Source: Azolla caroliniana
Lineage: Eukaryota > Plantae > Polypodiophyta
Assembly (NCBI GenBank): GCA_043228905.1
Contig: JBHGNT010000003.1
Span: forward strand, 7,812,001 to 7,876,000
Length of the DNA stretch: 64,000 bases
Direction of reading: 5' to 3'
Shown here in pieces: positions 23,396-35,155 of the stretch (its first letter is position 1; each line of letters begins with the position of its first letter). The position numbers were made by a program, and so were the translations under genes. A model generated the notes under the pieces. The model had not been told where the DNA came from. It ran no database searches and saw only the letters and a list, made by a program, of their open reading frames with translations.

Positions 23396-26300
23396 TCATG
23401 TGTTCATGACACTATCCCTCCTTCGAGAACGCTGAGTGGAAGTCGATGTTAACATTGTTGGGCCGGGCTTGTTTTGATAGTGACGATGGAAGTTGTTGAC
23501 TAGAGCTTCATCATTACAAACGTTATCAATGGGTTCCCAAGTGCGATCACTCGGAGGATAGCCAAGCCAATCAACTAGATAATAAAGCTTATTGTGCACA
23601 ATCTTAGAATCGAGAATAGCAGCTACCTCGTATTCGGGGCCGTCCACAAGTTGTACAGAAGGCGGTGGTGGCACGACACGATTAGGAATTAAAGAGGTGC
23701 GGCAAGGTTCCAAAAGAGAGCTATGAAAGACAAGGTGAAGCCGCATATGTGCAGGAAGGTTAAGACGAAATGTTGCATCATTAATCTGCGCCGTGATGAC
23801 AAAAGGACCTAAGCGTTGATAGTCAAGCTTAGCACACGGTCAGGTAGTCTTGATGTGACGACGAAGCAACCATACACGGTCACCAACCTTAAACGGAGAC
23901 TTAAGACGATGTCGATCGACATTGGTCTTATTGTGTGCTTGCGCTTTCTGAAGATGTGACGATAACTCGAACTGGATTTGTTGTAGTCAATGGAGGTGAT
24001 GCGCCGCACTAGGGTTTCGTGACACCTCGGGAAGATCCAGTATACACCATCGAGGGTGGTTGCCAGTGTAGGCAAAGAAAGGTGTAACTTTGGTAGAAGA
24101 GTGGACCGTGTTGTTGTATGCAAACTCGGCAAGATGTAAAATATTACTTCAATCATCTTGTTGATAACTAATGAAACATCGAAGATATTGCTCGAGCGTT
24201 TGATTTGTGCGCTCTGTTTGTCCGTCAGTTTGTGGATGATAAGCCGAAGAGAGTTTGCAAGAAATTTTAAGGCCTGCCCATAGGTGCTTCCAAAAGTGTG
24301 AGATAAATTGAGGACCTCGATCGCTAATAATATCATTCGAGAGAACATGATGGCGAAACACTTCACGCATAATGAGATCTGCAGTTTCTTCACTATTGAT
24401 GGTCTTTACACATGGTACAAAATGTGCCATCTTGGTGAACCGATCCACTACGGTTAAAATAGTATCAAAGCCTTTGGAAGGTGGCAGATTCGTAATGAAA
24501 TCCATAGAAATAGACTGCCATGGCTTGTTGGGAGGGGGTAATGGTTGTAGTAAGCCATAAGGGTGATGCCGAGGTATTTTGGCGCGACAGCAAGTGTCAC
24601 AAGTGCGAACATAATCTTCGACAAATTTTTGCAAGTGAGGCCACCAAAATGAACGTTTCACCAGTTCAATGGTCTTGGAAATACCAAAATGTCCAGCCAT
24701 GGGGGCATCATGACAATGTTCCAACACTTGAAGTCGGGGTGATCCGTCGGGGACGTAAAGGAGATTCTTGTAGAAGAGTAAGCCATCTTGCCACTTGAAG
24801 TCCTGATAATGTTGAGATGACCCTAGCAATGTGGAGCAAAATGGACGACTTGAACCACAGTGGGCTAAGACATCCTTAGCGAAATTATCTGAATGAAGTT
24901 GTTGCCAAATAGTGTCAAGAAGGGTAGAATCAAGTGGCATGGCATAAATTGTTGTTACCTGTAGCTTTGATGGCCCGAGGAGAATTTGCTTTTGATTGTC
25001 AAAGGCTGGATCTCCAGGTCGAAGTGCTAGATACGAACGCCGTGACAAAGCATCTGCTTTCCCTTGTTGTTTTCCGGGGCGAAAAATGATATTGAAATCG
25101 AAACGCGTTAGAAATTAGGCCCACCGAACTTGGCGTCTATTTAATACTCGAGCTATTTGAAAATATGTGAGATTTTTGTGATCACTATAAATGATAATCT
25201 GATGAGGTGATCCTTCTAGAAAATGACGCCATTGCTCGAATGAGTCGACCACAGCTAGTAACTCCTTGTCATGCACCTCATAGTTTATCTCCGGAACAGT
25301 AGATTTTCTCGAGTGAAACGCGACTGGATGTGTCTGCCCGTCCTCGCCTAGTTGCGATAGGATACTCCCCAATGCAAAGTCCGATGCATCTGCCTCAATA
25401 GTAAATGGTTTTTCAGGATCAATATGTGCTAGGATGGGTGTTGATGTGAATGCCTCTTTCAGCTGCATAAAAGCCTTGTCCGCTTCGATACTCCAAAAAA
25501 ATGCGTGATTTTTCTTAGTGAGTTGAGTAAGGGGCAACACAATGCTTGAATAATTATGTATGAATTTGCGATAGAAGTTTGCAAATCCGAGGAAACACTG
25601 GACATCCCGAACTGAGCATGGGGGTTTCCATTCCAATATTGTTTGGACTTTTGTCGGGTCCATAAAAACACCCTGGGATGAAATAGTGTATCCCAAAAAT
25701 TCGACTTGTTTGCAATCAAAACTGCATTTCTCAAGTTTGGCATAAAGACCATACTTCCTTAGGCACATGTATATCATGCTCCCCCTGTGTTTTAGAGTAA
25801 ATCAATAGATCATCTAGGTAGATGATTAGAAAAATATCCAAGAAATCCCAGAAGATGTAATTTGCCATATGTTGGAATACTGCAGGTGCATTTGTGAGCC
25901 CGAAAGGCATGACTGTATAATCGAAATGACCATACCGAGTACGAAATGTTGTTTTCCACTCATCTCCCGGCCGAATTCGAACAAGATTATATGCACCCCT
26001 TAGATCAATTTTGGTAAAATGCTTTGCCCCACCAATGCGTTCTAAGAGATTGGAGATTAAAGGTAAAGCATACCTATTCCTTATGGTGACTTTATTTAAG
26101 CCTCGATAGTCCACGACCAAACGAAGGGAACCGTCCTTTTTCTTCACAAAAAAGATAGGAGCACCAGCTGGAGACTTTGAATGTCGAATAAACCCATGTG
26201 CAAGATTTTCCTCGATGTATTCTCGAAGAACCTCAAGCTCAGTGGGTGATAAATTGTAAATCGGACCCCACGGTGGCTCTTTTCCTGGTTGGAGATCAAT

Positions 26301-28198
26301 AGGACAGTCGTACGGCCGATGCTTTGGAAGAACACTAGCTTTGACTTTGTCGAAAACATCAACATAGTCTTGATATTTTTTGGGAATTTGGATGTCTGAA
26401 TTCCCTTGAGTGACACTAGAAGGTGTCACTGATACTGCAAATAAAAAAAGCTCCTCCTTGCCTCCCACTTGCCACAATTGTTGCAATGTGATGGCTGAAA
26501 TTTGATAAGAAGGATATGGTGCATCGGTAGAACTATATACTTTAGGAGGATACTCCCGAGTTCGATCCTTGACAATGATATTTTCTACTAAAGGGCACCT
26601 AATTTCTCGCTTCCTCCAATCGATTCTAGGGTTATGTAGCTCGAACCATGGCAAACCGAGGACAATTGGATGCTCAGGACTACGGATTATGTTAAAGGAA
26701 ACTGCACATCCTAAATCACCCAAGAGTATGTGTATTGGCTCAGACTCTTCAAATATCTTCCCGGAAGCTATGGGGCGTCCATCAATCACTACTACGGAAA
26801 CTGGACAAGGAAGTGTATGCAAGGATATTTGGTGTTTTTGGGCAAAATCGCTATCCATGAAACAAGAATTGGCTCCAGTATCTAAGAGGGCTTGGACTTG
26901 AAGTTGACAATTGGGTGTCCTAACTTGTACTAGGGCTGGGAAGACTCTACTAACATGCTTGGAAGAAATGGAACCCACACTAGGTTGTACATATCTAGAG
27001 TTGTCCAACCAAATGGCTCCTATTTTGGCCGGACTTATTCGTTTGACTCCTCTTCTAATTGGCTTAGGACTTCAAATTTATTGGACAAGGGTGGATTATT
27101 CATAATATTAGATTCACTAACTGCTTCTAAAATATTGGACTCATTTTTATTTTCATAGTGAATTTGATTTACCTGACGTCTCGGCCTACGGGAGCAATGA
27201 ATGGCCATATGTCCTAGACCTCCGCAATATAAGCATAGATGGTTTGCTCGACGACGTTGCTTCTCTTCGTCTAACAACGGTCCTCGTCGTTGAGTCATAT
27301 CGATCTCCATGGGTGCAGGACTATCCATTGAGACTAGACTACGTGTTTGCCTTGGAGTTGGAGCAGGGCTATACATTTGCCTTGGAGATGATTGCGCCGT
27401 TACTGATGCATAAGTTGGTGTGAATCTTGATTTTGTTATTTGTTGTTGTCGCTCACATCGACGCTCAAAAAGGCGATTATCACACCGTATTGCTCGACTA
27501 ATAGCTTTTGTAAGTGACCTTGGATCCTCGGGGAAGGTAAGAAGTAAGTCTTTGACATCACTACGAAGGCCTGAACGGAATTGCTCCATTAGGGCTTGTT
27601 CATCCCAAGGAATATTGCTTGCGATGAGACGGAAATTGGCAGCATATGTCGAAGCTGGTTGATCACCTTGACGAAGTGTACGAATCTTGTTGATAGTTGT
27701 TCTCGCCCCATCAGTATCTCCGAAACAAGCCTTAAATTCCTTGATAAATTCCTCGAAATTATTAAGTAGAGGAGAATTGGTCTCTAGCAATGGAGCAAAC
27801 CACGACAACGTTATGCCATTCAATAAGGTGCCCACTAGCCCGACTCGTGATGCATCTATTGGATAGCGCGCGGGATGCATTTGAATCACCAACCGTACTT
27901 GATTCAAGAAACCTCGGAAATGCGCCCTCGACCCATCAAATTTAGCTGGGAGGCTAATTTTGGGCTCCTTGATAAGTCCCTGACCTTCAACCCTTTGTTG
28001 TTGTAACACTACGATTGTCGACTCTAATTGTTACACTCGTCGCGTGAACTCCTCTTGTTGTTGTTGCTTCTCTATAGTAACCTTTTGTAGATCCCCAAGT
28101 AGACGTTGATTCTCTACTTCAAGAGATGCGAACTTGGATTTAAGGTTCTCCATTTCTGCAACAAGGGTGAGATATTCTTCTGAGTTAATGGTAGCCAT
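23396..28198 (-). pseudogene. Element D gag-pol with C-terminal chromodomain, disrupted
   Basis: Stops at 28031-28033, 25115-25117 and 24149-24151, and a frameshift near 25770. Chromodomain EYEVAAILDSKIVHNKLYYLVDWLGYPPSDRTWEP. Confidence 0.9.
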
Positions 28199-28223
28199 GG
28201 TTTCAGGATGGTTACAAAGGAGG

Positions 28224-28267
<44 letters not shown>

Positions 28268-28465
28268 GAATCAAACTGTCAGAACCAAGGATAAAAGATA
28301 GAGTGATGGAAGAAGGATATTAGAGAACACGAGAAGAAAGGAACGAAATACTAAGAGAAGAATGGATGTATAAGATAGAGAAAGAAAGAGAATGGATACA
28401 AGATATGTAATGAGAGCTAAAGACTGGTGTTGATTCGAATTGATTTGAGAATACATGTATGCCCT

Positions 28466-28562
28466 TATTTATAGGTTCCTATAGAATAGCTTAGAGATTT
28501 CTAGAATGTTCTAGAATGTTCTAGACCTAGAATGCTCTAGGACATTCTAGAACATTCTAGAA
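28466..28562 (-). promoter_or_regulatory. Element D LTR promoter: TATA box with upstream heat-shock elements
   Basis: TATAAATA at 28473-28466. TTCtaGAAtgTTCtaGAAtgTTC at 28499-28521 and TTCtaGAAcaTTCtaGAA at 28545-28562. The same motifs occur at 23190-23253 in the other LTR. Confidence 0.75.
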
Positions 28563-29489
28563 TAATCTAGAGGCTTTACAATAATCAATGTAATACAAGA
28601 AGTAGCTTTTATTGTTTCATATAACAATAAGCTATCTTAATGGTTGAGGTTTTCCAGTATGGATTACAAGGTTCAAGGTTCAAGTCTGGGTGACGCCATA
28701 ATGGTCATGTGTTCATGACAATGCCTAAGAAACGCTGCAAGGACTTGACTGTGGTTGGTCGGGGAAAATTGTTCACGGCCTCAGTCTTCTTTGGGTCCAT
28801 CTGTAGGTGTTAAGTAATTAGGTAATTAACTAGGGTTAATTATAGACTAATTATATGGTTACGTTAAGCAACAGAAGATTAGTATGATATGCACGTGAGA
28901 GTGTGTGAGAGGAAGAGAGAGAGAGAGAGAGAGGAAGTTACACTTATGAACACGAAGATAAATGGGGGATGATTGACTATATTGAAAAGTGTCATCAACA
29001 TACAAAAATACCCACAATGAGGTATATATACAACCCATGTGCAAAGGTGCACATGTGTGGCTAGAACATAGGTACTTATGTGTAAGTCCTACATTAAATG
29101 TACTAAGGAGTGGAGGATCTAGAATATCCCACTTAAGTACAAGGTCCTATTCAAAGGCTTAAGGTCAACACATTAACTAGATTCGATCTACGTAACTACT
29201 AAGTTACATGTGTTGACTAACTAGATTAAACTAGTTGAGCTTGATATCTCAACACGCCCCCTCAAGCTCAAGTGTGAGGCTTCCAACGTCCGGTTTAGCT
29301 TCCTTCGGCTTCATCGGCATCGGTGCGGCTTGCGGCTTTCTTTGCGTCTTCACGGCTTCATTGCGTGTGTCTACCACTGTTGGCCCTTCTTCCGGATTTG
29401 AGAAGAACGCGGGAACCGGCAACGGAATTGATGTGGTCATTCCTAATGTTAGCCCTTCCATAAACCGGGGCAGTAGCTGTAATAACCGA

Positions 29490-32400
29490 TGTTACTCCTA
29501 GGGCCGGATAACAGCCTAACACAGGGTGTCCACTTAAGACACTTCACCAAAGGGTGGTACGACAGAATGACTTACGGCACAACGCTTAATTAGACCTTAA
29601 TTGATTACTTAAGAATACATCATTAACACGCATAAGATATACAATAAGCACAGAACGGTAATCAACACTGAAAGATTAAGGCGATAAGTTCTATTAATTA
29701 TCCGCTCTCGATTACATTGTAACCGGGCCTTTATATAGGTCTCTGGTGCGAAATACAAAACGGTGCCAACCAGCACCTTTTCGGGATTGGTCCGGATCCG
29801 GATCGGCATACCGATTCCGGTCCGTCCATCCACATCTTCTCATATATTATTATATATTTTAAGACTACTAATTACAACAGTTCCCGAACAAACTATTCCT
29901 TTCACACTCTGGTTTGGATCTCCTTAAGCCTTCTTGCTAGCCGGTAACACATGGCACTCCCATAGGACAGTACCTTGTACGTCGAACCCATTATCCGGCC
30001 CTTTTACGCTTCGTCCAAAATGTCCAGAATGCTTTGCTCCAAAATTTCCAATGGCTCGTCGGGAATCTGTTGTTGCTGTTGTGGCTGTTGTTCCGTTTGT
30101 GCCTTCTCCGTTTGGGGTTGCAGCTCCGTTTGTTGCTCTATACCGTCCGCACCTTTGTGGTATAGCGTGTCCTGTAATAAACAAAAGTGTCGGCATTGTA
30201 CCGCCAGGCGCTTCCTCTCGTCCTGGTTCATCTCCTCCGGAGGCAATCCGGTACTCAAAAACTAGTGCATATTAGTTAGCCACTTATCTTCTTGTGCCAC
30301 CGTTTCATCTGTTGTCGTTTCCGTGGTGACTCGAAAAAGCTCTGCATCCGGAAACTCGTCCGATACTCCGTCACCCATTTCGCAGGAATCTAGCCGGCTT
30401 AGATAATCTGCTACCGCATGCTGTATGTCGGGTCGGTGGAATATCTCAAATTCGAACTCCTGCAACAACAAAGTCCACCGGGCCAACTTACCGGTAAGTG
30501 ACGCTTTGGATACTAGGTAGAGGAGTGTCGAATGATCTACATGGAAGGAAAACTTTCTCCCCAATAAATAATGCCTGAATTTTGTTACGTTGTAGATCAT
30601 GCCTAAAGCTTCCCTTTCCGTGGTGGAGTAATTCCGTTCGGCTTTGGATAACTTCCGGCTTGCGTAATATACAAGCCGGTACCATCTTGGCTCCGTAAGT
30701 TGCATCAGCGCACTCCTGATTGCAATGTCGGACGCATCCACGAACACATGAAATTCCTTCGCCCAATCCGGGGGTTGCACTACCGGTGCTTGCGACAATA
30801 GAACTTTGAGTGCCCGGTACGCCTTATCTTCGGTGTTGGTCCACTGGAACGGTGTTCGGTGTACCGCAGCATGCAATGGTGTAGCTAGGTCCGCCAAATA
30901 CCGGAGCATTCGGCTATGCCAACGAATTTGTCCTAAGAAACGACTCAATGCCTTTGCCGTTGTTGGTGCCGGTGCCTCCAATATTGCTTTTACTTTGTCC
31001 GGATCTACGGCAATGCCTTCCTTGCTCACAATATGCCCTAGTAGGGTTCCATTGGACACTCCAAATACACACTTCGCCGGATTCAGGCTTAGCCGGTATG
31101 CCCTACACTTCTCCAGACATAGTCTGAGGTGCTGCAAATGATCTTCTTCTCGGCTATAGACGGCGAAGTCGTCAAGGAACACCTGCATAAAAGCCGTTAT
31201 GTATTCGCCAAAGATCTCCATGATAATCCGTTGGAATGTTGTCGGTGCCGTTTTCAGTCCGAACATCATCACCACGGCAACAAACACTCCCCATTCGGTA
31301 ACGAAAGCCGTTTTCTCTTGATCGTCAGGGTGCATCCGGGTCTGATTATACCCGTTGAATCTGTCTAAGAAACTGTAGACTTCATGGCCGGCGACGGCAT
31401 CCAAAACTCCATCCGTAAACGGAAGTGGAAATGCATCCGTTACCGTTGCCGCATTAGGCTTCCGGTAGTCAACACAAACTCTAATTTTTCCATTCTTCTT
31501 CGGTACGACTACGATCGGGCTTAGCCATGTAGATTTCTTTACGAGACGGATGAAGCCAACCCTCAGCAATTTGTCAATTTCCTCCTTGACTTTGGCGGCG
31601 TAGTTTGGGTTCATCTGGTATCGACGTTGTGCTACCGGCTTGGCGTCTTTGCTGAGATGTATCTGGTGCTGATACAACTGAGGATCCAGTCCTCTCATAT
31701 CCTCGTAAGACTAGGCAAATACGTCGCGAAACTCGTTGAGGAGTGTAATTATCGCCGTTTTGTTCTCTGCATTTGTTTATTTGGGTACGTGCACCGGTTT
31801 TACCTCCTCCGTCGTTCCTAGATTTACCTCTTCTAATTGAGACGCTTTTACGCGTTGTGATACGGCCATTTCTCTTTCCAACACCTCCTGCGCTTGCCAT
31901 AACTCCCGGATTGCTTCTTTATCCAGTTCCGTCCGGTTGCAGTAAGTAGGGTGATATCGCTTCGGCGACGTCAATTTCGAATAGGGGTACAATCTTCGGG
32001 TTCTCCTGCAAGTACTGATCTTCTTCTTCGTCTGCTAATCCTTCCAACATATTGACGCACTCCGCATATAACGGTGTTAGATCCTTGCCGGTGCCCTTCC
32101 TTGGTTGTGTTGGTACCCGTACCTTCGCTTTTCCTCGTCGGAACGTGTAATCATATTCCTCCTCCAGTTCTGCTTGATGTGTGTCGTCTTTAACCAAGGG
32201 CGTCCCAACAATAATGGGTACGCTCCTTGAACCTGCAACTGGAGAACTACGGCTGAGATTCGGAATGTGTGGCCCCCGATGGTTACTTCTAGGTCCCGTA
32301 TTAATCCTGTTGGTCGCACCGAGCTTGTGTCTGCCATTCGGAGCCAGAACAGACATGGTTCCCACTCTTGGATTCCAAGACCATCGCATGTCGGAAGACT

Positions 32401-35155
32401 TATTACGTTAACGCCGGAGCCTCCGTCTATTACCGTGTCGGGGAGTTCTTTCCCTTTCACAATGGCACTAATTGTCGGACTATTGGTGTCCACCACCGCC
32501 GGTCCCTCCTCCGGATTTGAGAAGAATGCCGGAGCCGGTGGTGTTCCGCCTATCGTCATGCCGGACTTGAGTCCTTCTGTGAATCTTGGTACTAGTTGCA
32601 AGAGTCGTCCTAACGGCAGCGTGGTCTGGCATTCTTGCAATGCATGCCATGTCACGTTTTCGGACTGACTGCCGTCGGCGAGCTCTTCGGTGTTCTCCTT
32701 TTGCTACGTAAGTTCTGCTACGTTTCGCTCATTTGCCTTTTTCACCCATTCCGTTGCCTGTTTCTGGATGGCCTCTTGTGTCTCCCATTCCATTGTCTTG
32801 CCCTTCGACCTTGTGGTGACCTACTGTAGGTCTGCGACTTCGGCGACTACCATGTTTACTGTTGGTCGCTTATCATAGCTCTTTGCCGGACATTGATTAC
32901 TATAATGTCCTTCTTGCCGGCAATAATAGCAATATGCCTTCCGGGTATTGCTGGATTCGGCATTGTTTCCTGTACCCGGTGGAGGACCTGTGGTAACCGC
33001 GGGGCTCTAGTCCGGTTGGCTGCTTGAGGTGCCTTTTTCCAGTTCTTGTGGGTGGCTCCCTTTTTTGAAATGCCGTTTTTTATTAAAGTTCTTTTTGTTG
33101 CGGTACCCTTACTGGGGTTGGTCGTCATATCTCCCGTAATCTTCCCGTCGTTGGTGATACCCGGGGGAGTGATCCCGGTTGTGATGCTCGTACCGTCCAT
33201 TGTAATCTCGGTACTTGTCATATCTCTTGTACCGGTCATAGTTGTCTTGCTGATCGTTGTACCGAACATCCTGTGCCGGTCGATATCGCTCCTCTCACCG
33301 TCAATGTTTGTCCTCTTCGTCTCGGTTGCTACGTGGCTCGATTTGCCGGACTGGTGGTGCTTGCCGATTCAATAAGTTATATTCGCACCGATCCATCGTG
33401 TGGCTCGTAGAGTGGCAGAGTAAGCAGTGCGTCCTCATGGTGCACTCCAGTGATGAGTGTCCGGCGTTCAAGCAGGTCGTGCATTGGATTGCTTACCGGA
33501 AACGGAGATCCTCATCGGTTGGTAATGCTCGTTGGAGGGCTCCCATTGTTAGCCAAGAGCTCGTTTTTTCCATTTCTCTAACCCTGTCAATGACCTGGTC
33601 GACGGTGCTTGTGCGAAAGTCGATGACCGTGCATACTGTTCATAGAGGTTCTCAGAGCGTGGCTAAAAATATAGCCCTTGTTTCTTCATCAGGAGGTGCG
33701 CGGGTAAGCTGCCTGTGCATCCGTTGAAACCGGATGACAAACTGCGGGATGCTCTCCCCGGGGTCCTGCCGGATGGTATAAAATAAGCCCATCATTTCTC
33801 GCTGGTCCACCTCCTTCTGAAAGAAGTGCAAGTATTTGTCTTTTAGGTCCGCAAAGGTGGTGATGGTGCTGGGGTCCTGCGTTCGGTGCCATCTGGCGGC
33901 CGGTCCTTCCAATGTCACGCCGAATTCGGCTATCTTAGATCGTTCCTCTTCGGCCGCGGTTAACCGTTGTGACACATGGTTCGCCTCCCATGTTTGTTGA
34001 AACGCGTGAACATGAGCCTCCACGTCCGGGTCATCCCGATACTTGGAGTACTGGAACGACATGTCGTCGTCCGGTGTCGGTACGCAGGCTAGCGGTGTCA
34101 GTGGTCTTTCCTATTGTTCCGTCGACGTCGGAGGTCCTTGCCGGTCTTCCCTTGGTGTTGCCGGCTCGACTTCCGGTGTCAGAGGTCTTTCTTTGTCTTC
34201 TTCCGTCTCCGGAGGTTGCTCCACGTCTAGTGTCGGGGGTTGCCGGTCTGCCAACTCTAGTTCCGGTGTCGGTACTGTATCCGACTCCTCGTCCTCTGGT
34301 CCTCCTGGGGTGTCGTTACTACTGCGATAGTTCGTGTGCGCGTTGTAACCCCCTTCCGAATCCAATTCCAGCACTGAAAATGCTTCGGATTCGCCGTCTC
34401 TTCCGACCAAGGCCTGGAGAAGGGATTCCGCTTCCCGGAGACTGCTTACGTTGCTTCCTTCGTCCAGGTAGGCGTTTTGTTGCAGACGGAGCGACTCCTC
34501 CGCCACTTTCCGGATCACTTTGGAAAATGATCGATCCGTTCGGATTTCTTCCACTGCTTGCTGGAAAGCCTCTCACCGCCTTCTCCGTTCAGCAAGTCTT
34601 CGTGCTCTCTCCGTAACCGGGTCTTCTGTTGGCCTAGTCATCCATTCCGCCGTTGTTCACTGCGATTGTGCAGGAATCGTGGTCGCCAAAAACTATGTTA
34701 CTCCTAGGGCCGGACAACAGCCTAACACATGGTGTCCACTTAAGACACTTCACCAAAGGGTGGTACGGCAGAATGACTTACGGCACAACACTTAATTAGA
34801 CCTTAATCGATTACTTAAGAATACATCATTAACACGCGTAAGATATACAATAAGCACAGAACGGTAATCAACATTAAAAGATTAAGGCGATAAGTTCTAT
34901 TAATTATCCGCTCTCGATTACATTGTAATAGGGCCTTTATATAGGTCTCCGGTGTGAAATACAAAACGGTGCCAACCGGCACCTTTTCGGGATCGGTCCG
35001 GATCTGGATCGGCATACCGATTCTAGTCCGTCCGTCCACATCTTCTCATATATTACTATATATTTTAAGACTACTAATTACAACAGTTCCCGAATAAACT
35101 ATTCCTTTCACACTCTGGTTTGGATCTCCTTAAGCCTTCTTGCCAGCCGGTAACA
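29490..35155 (-). mobile_element. Ty3/Gypsy non-chromovirus element C, integrase deleted
   Basis: 460-bp LTRs 29490-29949 and 34696-35155, TSD ACCGA and PBS TGGCGACCAC (tRNA-Arg type) at 34688-34679. Gag (from ~34062), PR IDGGS, RT and RNase H are present. Pol breaks off at LYHKGADGI (~30140), before the integrase HHCC motif. Confidence 0.94.
30262..31698 (-). pseudogene. Element C reverse transcriptase-RNase H segment (478 aa open)
   Basis: Motifs SPIVVVPKKNGKIRVCVDYR, MFGLKTAP, FLDDF, VDASD and NYSTTEREAL. Flanked by in-frame stops. Confidence 0.88.

Larger units (their letters stand above)
22968..28720 (-). mobile_element. Ty3/Gypsy chromovirus D (Tcn1/Tf1-like), full length
   Basis: 444-bp LTRs 22968-23411 and 28277-28720, TSD ATGCC and PPT GAAGGAGGGATAG. 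Gag, PR (LLDTGA), RT (YLDD), RNase H, integrase and chromodomain are present. No tRNA PBS. Confidence 0.96.
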
